DNA from: Nitrospira sp.
GTDB lineage: Bacteria; Nitrospirota; Thermodesulfovibrionia; UBA6902
Length of the DNA: 64,000 nucleotides
Direction of reading: 5' to 3'
NCBI GenBank assembly: GCA_016784355.1
Contig: JADHUV010000003.1
Span: 3,935 to 67,934, forward strand
The notes under the pieces were generated by a model. It did not search any database, was not told where the DNA came from, and saw only the letters and a program-made list of their open reading frames with translations. The first letter of the stretch is position 1; each line of letters opens with the position of its first letter. Below are positions 10,778-18,143 of the stretch, piece after piece. Made by a program: the position numbers and the translations under genes.

Positions 10778-10813
10778 GATTCAGGCTTTTGATGCGCTTA
10801 CAGTGCGTCTATT

Positions 10814-11383
10814 CTATTTTTTGTACATACGCTGCTTTGCATCCAGTTCGGGTACGTTCAGGAGACGCTCTCCTTCTGGTTTTGTGAGTTCTTTTTCGAT
10901 GTAATCAGCCCGGTCTAAAAGCGTAGGCGGGGTTTCATCAACATTGTGCAGAAACTGCCACAGGTAACCAGGGCCGTCAAGGAGTTCAGGTTTTAGTTGA
11001 AACGCCATTCTGTAATCACTCACAGCATCTTTGAACCGGCCTGCCCTGTCATTCAGTATGCCCCGGTTTGCGTAGGCCTCTGCAAAGCTCTCATCAATTA
11101 TAATGGCACGGTCAAAGGCCTTTTGTGCTTCATCAAGCTGGTTTAACTGCATAAATGCAATAGCCAGGCCCAGATGAGCAGATTTATAATCGGGATTTAT
11201 TGAGATGGTTTTTTGAAACTCTGCCAGGGCATCCTCGATGTTGCCGTCTTCCAGATGTTTATTGGCAAGTCTGAGGCTGTTTTCTCCCGGCACATTTTCT
11301 TTAACCGTATATTGGAAATAATAAAATGCAAAAGTGACGATTGCGACAAGTGCAACGATGGCTGTGATAGTATTTTTATTCAT
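10814..11383 (-). CDS. TPR-repeat protein with N-terminal membrane anchor
   Basis: N-terminal hydrophobic helix followed by 3-4 TPR-like repeats. Confidence 0.65.
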   Translation of the reverse strand: MNKNTITAIVALVAIVTFAFYYFQYTVKENVPGENSLRLANKHLEDGNIEDALAEFQKTISINPDYKSAHLGLAIAFMQLNQLDEAQKAFDRAIIIDESFAEAYANRGILNDRAGRFKDAVSDYRMAFQLKPELLDGPGYLWQFLHNVDETPPTLLDRADYIEKELTKPEGERLLNVPELDAKQRMYKK

Positions 11384-11384
11384 T

Positions 11385-11627
11385 TTATTTAAAGAACTTA
11401 CTCATTACTACACTGTTAAACATTAGTGAAAAAGTAACTGTAATCAGCGCGGTCATGGGTATTGTTCTTTTTTCAAGGTTTTTTAGTTCCTCTTCAGTCA
11501 GGTCTCTTTTGAGCTGTCGTATGGCTCGTCTGACACGCTGAGTAAAGATCAGTTTTTTTATTGGCCGGAATAGTAGCGTTGCAAGAAATATTGATGAAAT
11601 CCAGAACCATGTTTTCATTGCATCCAT
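11385..11627 (-). CDS. Small membrane protein (2 predicted TMs), 1-bp spacing to TPR gene
   Basis: 80 aa with two hydrophobic segments; operon-like spacing. Confidence 0.4.
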   Translation of the reverse strand: MDAMKTWFWISSIFLATLLFRPIKKLIFTQRVRRAIRQLKRDLTEEELKNLEKRTIPMTALITVTFSLMFNSVVMSKFFK

Positions 11628-11776
11628 GTCTTTTGTTCTCCAGAGGCCTCACAGCTTTTACCCTGATATCTTATGACGCAGGATATGCTTCGCCATTCAT
11701 TATAGATGATATGTTCTGTTGAAACAAGCCAGGCGTGTTTGTATGTTTCTTTATGCCTGCTATGGGTGTAGAGATG

Positions 11777-11815
11777 AAAAGGGGGAGGGAGATCCCTCCC
11801 TCCCCTTTTTCGATT
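11777..11815. terminator. Bidirectional hairpin terminator GGGGGAGGGAG-ATC-CCTCCCTCCCC flanked by A4 and T5
   Basis: Seen in sequence immediately 3' of the SSS transporter gene. Confidence 0.6.
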
Positions 11816-11823
11816 GTTACAGC

Positions 11824-13809
11824 TTACGGCTTATCAAGGTCAAGCCGGGCCTTTGAAGTATCTCCAATATCTTCCACCAGAACCTCGATTTCGGTATCTG
11901 GAATGGTTGACATGTTCATCTTGTATGCAAGCATCCACATCATACCTACACCAAGTATCCACCAGATGATCTGCCATGCCCAGATTGAGGGTATGCCGAA
12001 CGTCCAGGTGGCTGAATCATTGGGGTTACCGAAGATCGTGTTGCCGATCACAGCACCAGGGCCCTGTGCAAACAGGAACCACACAACAGTGATGATAACT
12101 GCCAGTGGTATAAGACTTTTCTTCTCTGCCGGCACTCCCGCGTGCTCTTTAAGATAATCGTGAAATTTCTGACGATGAGCGCGGGATTTGTCATCCTGGG
12201 TAAATGCTGAAACCAGGATCGCTGAGCCGAGGTTAAAGATGATTCCCCAGCCGGCGGAGTGAATCGTCAATGGCCAGCGGCCCCAGGAAGTGATACCGAA
12301 CCACTTGGTACCGATCGACTCTGTGAGTGTAACAGCGACAAGTCCAAGGATCATACCTACGGTGATACCTCTTCTGGTCAAAAATGGCCAGTAGCAGATT
12401 CCGATGAGGGCAGGCCACATCTGAAATCCGTAAGCAACCGCGAGTCCACCCAGTAAAACCAGTGCATCTGTGGCTGTGGTGGCAACTATCAGTGCAGAAA
12501 AAACGATGATAGCAACGCCGACTCTTCCAACAAGTTTCTGTTTTGTATGAGATGCATCTTTATTGAAGAAATGCTTGTAGATATCTCTGGTCAGCATGCC
12601 GCCTGCAGTAGACATATACGCCGCACCGGTTGACTGCATCGCTGCAAGCGCACAGACACTCAGTAGACCGACTGCCCACGGGGCAGATGTTCCGAGGAGG
12701 TTAATCAGTGCAGGTACGATCATGCCCTGTTTGCCAGGCATAGCCATAAGATCCTGGCCGAGACCTAGCACATCGGTTGCAAATCCTGCCTGAAGCATTC
12801 TTGTATCAGCGCCTATGAGGTGACCGCCGAGACCCTGTATGGCTGTGAAAAAGATCAGGATTCCGCCGATACCGAAGGAAGAAGCCCATACCTGCTGAGG
12901 GGCAAAGGGTTTCGGGTTTTTGTTAGCAAAGGACCACATGGAAAATGCCGGTGCTGACTGGATTCCCATAAGTGCAAAGGCATAAGACAGGATCATTATA
13001 CCGGTCCATGCTCCGCCGACTGCCTTGGTGCCATCGGGGACAAACTGGATTACACCAGGGACGGCTATATAATGACTGAAGCCGTCGAGCGTTCGCTTTT
13101 TATCCATGACCTCCCCGCCCAGTGCTGTGAGAGGTTCCGGTGATGTAAGGTTAGCGATTCCGGCATTCAGCGCATGCCAGCCGCCGGCAGCATCCAGGGA
13201 TATAAAGCCTATTGCCACGATACCGCCTGCAAGCAGGAGACACTGAACCGTATCAACATACGCCACTGCCCTTAGTCCTCCGGAGGCAACGTATACAAAT
13301 ACGACTATAGAGAGAAGCCACATTCCTGCCTCAACGTTGAGCATACCGTCAGTGAGAACATTAAACAGGAAGCCCGATGCCCTTAACTGTACCCCGAGAT
13401 AAGGTACGGAAAAGACCATCGCTACAACTACTGTCAGGATACGGATTGCATCAGAATTGAAATAATCGGCGAACATCTCGCCCGGGGTGATATACCCGAA
13501 GCGCTTGCCGAGGATCCACTGCCGTTTAAGAAACATGACTCCGGTAAAAGGGATAGTGATGGCATAAAATGATGCGTAAGCATACTGAAAGCCGTCACGG
13601 TACAAAAGTCCTGGATGACCCATAAAGGTCCACCCTGAAAATGATGTTGCGGTAGCAGCAAGCACAAAGACCCATACGGGGATAGAACGACCGGCAATGA
13701 AATAGTCTGAAGCACTTTTTGCCATTCGCGCGCCCTTGATACCCATTGATATACAATAGGCCCAGTAGGCGGCTACAAATACAAATAACCATACAATTTT
13801 AGCGTCCAC
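11824..13809 (-). CDS. Sodium:solute symporter (SSS/SLC5) family transporter with C-terminal 2-TM extension; candidate monocarboxylate/acetate permease by context
   Basis: 660 aa, ~15 hydrophobic segments, SSS-family N-terminal region. GTG start with GGAGGT SD 8 nt upstream. Genomic context (acs, DUF294, exonuclease) resembles actP loci. Confidence 0.85.
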   Translation of the reverse strand: MDAKIVWLFVFVAAYWAYCISMGIKGARMAKSASDYFIAGRSIPVWVFVLAATATSFSGWTFMGHPGLLYRDGFQYAYASFYAITIPFTGVMFLKRQWILGKRFGYITPGEMFADYFNSDAIRILTVVVAMVFSVPYLGVQLRASGFLFNVLTDGMLNVEAGMWLLSIVVFVYVASGGLRAVAYVDTVQCLLLAGGIVAIGFISLDAAGGWHALNAGIANLTSPEPLTALGGEVMDKKRTLDGFSHYIAVPGVIQFVPDGTKAVGGAWTGIMILSYAFALMGIQSAPAFSMWSFANKNPKPFAPQQVWASSFGIGGILIFFTAIQGLGGHLIGADTRMLQAGFATDVLGLGQDLMAMPGKQGMIVPALINLLGTSAPWAVGLLSVCALAAMQSTGAAYMSTAGGMLTRDIYKHFFNKDASHTKQKLVGRVGVAIIVFSALIVATTATDALVLLGGLAVAYGFQMWPALIGICYWPFLTRRGITVGMILGLVAVTLTESIGTKWFGITSWGRWPLTIHSAGWGIIFNLGSAILVSAFTQDDKSRAHRQKFHDYLKEHAGVPAEKKSLIPLAVIITVVWFLFAQGPGAVIGNTIFGNPNDSATWTFGIPSIWAWQIIWWILGVGMMWMLAYKMNMSTIPDTEIEVLVEDIGDTSKARLDLDKP

Positions 13810-13903
13810 GTATAATACCTCCTTTCAGTTTGTATCCATTAAATGGATGATTAACCCTACTGTTTTTGTCTTCTCCTTTCGGGCAGAAGGCAGTCCTGCC
13901 TGC

Positions 13904-14611
13904 CTATGCTCTGCCAATATCCTGTAGTTCGCTTAATGTATGCATACTTTCTGCATGCATGAAATATGTGAAACGCTGTAAGAGTTGGGCCGTGATAAAG
14001 GCATCACTCAGCGCATCGTGTAAATCATCGACCTCGATGCCGTACGCCCTGGCAACAGAGAAAAGATCTGTTTTGGGTGATCCCCCGCGGTAGTGTTTTT
14101 TGAAGGTGCTGCTGTTTTCAGAAAGCCACTGGTGTATAGAATGAGTATCTATAGCCGGGTTCATGACCTTTTCCCCGTAAATCTTTCTTGATGCGGCATT
14201 TAGAAAGCCCATATCTATATTGGCAAAATGCCCCACAAGGACCGAGTCCTCAATGAACCCGTAAAACTCCCGCAGCACCTCTTCTATTGGCTGAGCATCT
14301 TTTAGGTCTCCGGGAACTATTTCATGGATCTCGACATTTTTTCTGGCCAGTTCGCCTGCGGGCTGTACAAGCCTGTTGAATTCTTGATTTATGTGTATAA
14401 CTGCACCTGTCATTTTTACTGCTCCTATTGAGATAATAAAATCTTTTTTCGGGTCAAGTCCGCTGAGTTCAGTATCAAAAACAACGAACGGACAGTCCTG
14501 CATTAAAATATTTCTGTCTGTTTTTCCTGTCCAGGTAACGGGTGCTGTAATGTAATGCCGATGCCCTCTGAGCCTTGCTGCTGTCTTGCAAATGTATCCT
14601 GAAATACCCAT
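13904..14611 (-). CDS. DEDDh 3'-5' exonuclease (DNA polymerase III epsilon-like)
   Basis: VVFDTELSGLDP (Exo I motif) plus H-x4-D Exo III motif. 234 aa. Start overlaps the stop of the upstream DUF294 gene. Confidence 0.85.
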   Translation of the reverse strand: MGISGYICKTAARLRGHRHYITAPVTWTGKTDRNILMQDCPFVVFDTELSGLDPKKDFIISIGAVKMTGAVIHINQEFNRLVQPAGELARKNVEIHEIVPGDLKDAQPIEEVLREFYGFIEDSVLVGHFANIDMGFLNAASRKIYGEKVMNPAIDTHSIHQWLSENSSTFKKHYRGGSPKTDLFSVARAYGIEVDDLHDALSDAFITAQLLQRFTYFMHAESMHTLSELQDIGRA

Positions 14612-16515
14612 CAGGCCGTTGCCTCCTGTCTGGGAACAAGACCTTTAACGCAATTCTGCAGAGCCGGAATTAAGAGAAAGACCTCTTTTAGAGATTTTTT
14701 TTCTAATAGGGTGAGATTCTCTGTATATATAAGATTATCAATATCATTGCCAGACTCTTTTTTGTTCAGCTGCGCCTGAAGCAGGATATGCAGAAGGAAC
14801 TCATAGGCAGAGACCACATCATTTTTAAGCTGATTTTTCAGATACCCTTTTCTTGCAAGTATGCTCAGGCGTATTATTGTCGGTGTCTCATGTATGTTAT
14901 GTGCTATGCATAGAGAGCGTATCGGTTCAATTATAGGCACCAGGGCTTTTTTCTTAAGGTCTAGGGTCTCGTTCTGTTCTCCGCTTTCATCGACAACAAA
15001 CCTCTTGAAAAAACCTATTGGAGATTTCGGCTTTTCTGTATACTCTGTCATAAGTGAACAGGCCCCGGAACTTTTTCGTATGGCCGAAAATACACGGGCC
15101 TTCAGTTTTTCGACTATTGAGATATCACCGTATATGGTCCTGGCATCAAGTAGTTTTCTTGCATTTAAAACCTGATGTGAGTGCTCTGATCTCAGGGCCA
15201 GGATTATGTTGTCTGTCCACTGCGAGATGTCTCCATAAATCTCCATTGAGTTTCCAAGCGGGTGTGAATCAAAAAGTGGCATGCCGCATTTTTCAAAATT
15301 TACCCTGAGTTTTTCTAACAGGATAGCGCAGAAGCGATCCATTGTTTTTTTTGGAGTCTGAATGTTTTTGTCTTCGTATACTATTGCGCACCTGAAGACG
15401 GACTTGAAGGTCTGCTCCATACGGCCCTCGCTGCCGTATACAAAGAAGGAGAACGTTGAGGGTACCGGCCCTGTCTCCGGCATACTCAGGTCAATAATTT
15501 TTCTTATAAGTCTGTCATGAAGTTCAGTGATGATCCTGATCACACTGGCCGCCTTGATACCTTCTTTAAGCAGGATCGAGAGTGTCTTAAATATCCTGTC
15601 TCTGATGGGCCCGAGTTCTTCGATGCTGCTCTGCTGGTCTATATTTTTGAGGATAGAGAGGGGAGAGGTTCCCTGAATGAGCATGAAATCATGGTTTGTT
15701 ATGACGCCTTTAAGTTCCCCTTTTTCAGTGACCAGTAAATGATGAATGTTATGTCTTATCATCACGGAGAGGGCATCAAAACAGGTGTCTTTAGAGGTTA
15801 TCGTTACCAGCGGACCGCTCATGATATCACTGACCGGTCTTGAGGTGCTGAACTCCAGCGCTACTACCTTGTCCCGGAGATCCTTGTCTGTTATTATTCC
15901 TTCAGGATAGCTGCTTTTGTCTGTAATTACCAGAGAACTTATTTTGTGCTTAGACATGATCATTGCGGCATCCCTGATCGAGGTGTCTCTGTCGGTGGTC
16001 TCCGCAGTTCTGGTAATGAGATCTTTTACCGCGGTGGTATAAAGTACTTTTTCACCTTCACGAAACAGGTTATTATTACGGCGCATCTCATTGCAGGTCT
16101 TATCCATGTAGTTTTTGAAAAAGGATTTCATGAAGTACTCGCCAAAGATCGGTTCTATGCTGATCGTCTTAAGCACTACATCTCTGGGTATGACATAGCA
16201 AAGCGTATCCTCTACTGCCATGACATTTGTCCTGGATTTATCACGGCTTATGAGCGAGAGGTAACCAAAGACATCACCTTCGCTCTTGTAATCAATCACT
16301 ACCTCTTCATCTCCGTTTAAAAGAAAGATCTTAACCCCGCCTTTTTTGATTATACGCAGGGCCTTGCTTGGAGGCCCGTCCTGGCCGAGTATCATGATAT
16401 CTTTAGGAAAAAACTCGATAGAGATACTCGAGGCAAGACTCTTCAGCGTCTCTTCATCAAGAAACTGGAAGGGGGGAATTCCCTGTAAATAGCTAATGAC
16501 TTTTTCTGTCAGCAT
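14611..16515 (-). CDS. cNMP-binding + CBS-pair + DUF294 putative nucleotidyltransferase protein
   Basis: 633 aa. N-terminal cyclic-nucleotide-binding fold, two CBS motifs, then DUF294 nucleotidyltransferase and DUF294_C. Confidence 0.8.
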   Translation of the reverse strand: MLTEKVISYLQGIPPFQFLDEETLKSLASSISIEFFPKDIMILGQDGPPSKALRIIKKGGVKIFLLNGDEEVVIDYKSEGDVFGYLSLISRDKSRTNVMAVEDTLCYVIPRDVVLKTISIEPIFGEYFMKSFFKNYMDKTCNEMRRNNNLFREGEKVLYTTAVKDLITRTAETTDRDTSIRDAAMIMSKHKISSLVITDKSSYPEGIITDKDLRDKVVALEFSTSRPVSDIMSGPLVTITSKDTCFDALSVMIRHNIHHLLVTEKGELKGVITNHDFMLIQGTSPLSILKNIDQQSSIEELGPIRDRIFKTLSILLKEGIKAASVIRIITELHDRLIRKIIDLSMPETGPVPSTFSFFVYGSEGRMEQTFKSVFRCAIVYEDKNIQTPKKTMDRFCAILLEKLRVNFEKCGMPLFDSHPLGNSMEIYGDISQWTDNIILALRSEHSHQVLNARKLLDARTIYGDISIVEKLKARVFSAIRKSSGACSLMTEYTEKPKSPIGFFKRFVVDESGEQNETLDLKKKALVPIIEPIRSLCIAHNIHETPTIIRLSILARKGYLKNQLKNDVVSAYEFLLHILLQAQLNKKESGNDIDNLIYTENLTLLEKKSLKEVFLLIPALQNCVKGLVPRQEATA

Positions 16516-16560
16516 TCTCTTGGTGTATTAGAAATTTAAATTAATTAATACATATATAAA

Positions 16561-16576
16561 TGCAAATAAAATGCCA
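16561..16576 (-). promoter_or_regulatory. Sigma-54 (-24/-12) promoter TGGCAT-N5-TTGCA reading toward the DUF294/exonuclease genes
   Basis: Reverse complement of 16561-16576 is TGGCATTTTATTTGCA, with GG and GC at consensus spacing. Lies about 45 nt upstream of the ATG at 16515. Confidence 0.55.
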
Positions 16577-16647
16577 GCGCAGTGATTGAAAAAATGCTTT
16601 AATTTTAGAGGGTTGTGTGTTGCAGAGAGATTGCCTGGCGGGATGCA

Positions 16648-16693
16648 GTAACAAAAAGTAACATTGTTTAGACTTGGTGTAACAAATAGTTAC
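16648..16693. promoter_or_regulatory. Cluster of GTAAC-containing repeats including palindrome GTAAC-N5-GTTAC (16679-16693); candidate enhancer (UAS) for the sigma-54 activator
   Basis: GTAACAAAAAGTAACATTGTTTAG...GTAACAAATAGTTAC, ~100 bp upstream of the -24/-12 element. The palindrome overlaps the response-regulator stop codon. Confidence 0.35.
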
Positions 16694-18054
16694 TTTATCT
16701 CAGGGTTTAGTGGTCTTCCCATTCCCCATTTTTTTCTCTTTTCCCAGAGAGATTTTCTTGTTATTCCAAGGAGTTTAGCCAACTGAAGCTCATTGTGTGA
16801 TGACTGGTACTCAGTAATTACGGCCTTTGTGTAATCCTCAATGGAAAGTTTCTGTTTAAGCGAGGTGCCGGTAAAGGACGATGAGGTCTTTAGAGAGTCA
16901 GGAAGGCTCTGAATTCGGATCTCTTCGTGGTCTGATATGAGAATTGCCCTCTCTATGACATTCTGAAGCTCGCGTACATTGCCGGGCCAGGAATATTTTT
17001 GCATAAGGGTAAGGGCACTGTCTGATATCCCGCTGATTTTCTTCTGCAGCTCGCTGGAATACTTGTTGAGAAAATTGTTTGCCAGCAGGGGGATATCCTC
17101 GCTGCGCTCTCTTAAAGAGGGGATATTAAGGGTGATAGTGTTTATCCTGTAGAACAGGTCTTCTCTGAAGGCAGCAGTTTTGACTGCCTCTTTAAGGCTT
17201 CTGTTTGTTGCTGAGATAAGCCTTACATCGACCTTGATCGTCTTGGTGCTGCCAACGGGTCGAATGATCTTATCCTCAAGTACCCGAAGCAGTTTAATCT
17301 GGAAGAAGGGGCTGATATCTCCTATCTCATCGAGAAAGATCGTGCCGCCGTCCGCTTCCTCGAAAAGTCCTTTTTTTGAGGAGATTGCTCCTGTGAAGGC
17401 CCCCTTTACATGTCCGAAAAGCTCACTTTCCAAAAGGTTCTCAGGGATGACTGAGCAATTTATCGGGACAAAGGGGTTATCCCATCGTGAGCTGTTTTTA
17501 TGTATTACACGGGCAAAAAGCTCCTTGCCCGTACCCGTCTCGCCAAGTAACAGGACATTGCTTTTTGTATCGGCTATCTTTCTTGTCTCATCAATTACTC
17601 TCTGCAGCGCCGGGCTGCGGCCTATTACGCTGCTGAAGTCATAGTTTTTACCGATCTCGCGCTTAAGCAGGATATTTTCTATCTGAAGGTGGCGTTGTTT
17701 GAGTGCATTTTTTACAATTTGTTTTAGTTCTTCGTGCATGACAGGCTTCATGATGTAATCATATGCCCCGGCCTGAAGCGCCCTTATGGCGGTCTCAACA
17801 GAGGCATAAGCGGTCATTATGAGAAATATCTGATCCGGGTTGGCCTGTCTTACTCTCGTCAGCATCTCGATGCCATCCATGCCGGGCAGGATGATGTCTG
17901 AGAGTATAATGTCGTATATGGCGGTATCAGTAAGTTCGAGGCCGAGTTCCGCAGAAGCGGCTACATCGACATCATAGCCCTCTTTTTTAAATATGCGTTT
18001 GAGGGACTCCCGCAGGGTTTCTTCGTCCTCGACTATTAAGATGCTCTTTGCCAT
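16690..18054 (-). CDS. Sigma-54-dependent response regulator (REC + AAA+ sigma-54 activator + Fis-type HTH), NtrC/CbrB-like
   Basis: Receiver Asp region, Walker A GETGTGKE, GAFTGA motif and C-terminal HTH; 454 aa. Confidence 0.9.
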   Translation of the reverse strand: MAKSILIVEDEETLRESLKRIFKKEGYDVDVAASAELGLELTDTAIYDIILSDIILPGMDGIEMLTRVRQANPDQIFLIMTAYASVETAIRALQAGAYDYIMKPVMHEELKQIVKNALKQRHLQIENILLKREIGKNYDFSSVIGRSPALQRVIDETRKIADTKSNVLLLGETGTGKELFARVIHKNSSRWDNPFVPINCSVIPENLLESELFGHVKGAFTGAISSKKGLFEEADGGTIFLDEIGDISPFFQIKLLRVLEDKIIRPVGSTKTIKVDVRLISATNRSLKEAVKTAAFREDLFYRINTITLNIPSLRERSEDIPLLANNFLNKYSSELQKKISGISDSALTLMQKYSWPGNVRELQNVIERAILISDHEEIRIQSLPDSLKTSSSFTGTSLKQKLSIEDYTKAVITEYQSSHNELQLAKLLGITRKSLWEKRKKWGMGRPLNPEIK

Positions 18055-18143
18055 AAATGATCCGGTACTGAGGTATGAATTGTTTAATGCATGCCTTGCT
18101 GATGTTTAGATAGTTTACTTAATTGTTCCTGAATATTAACAGG

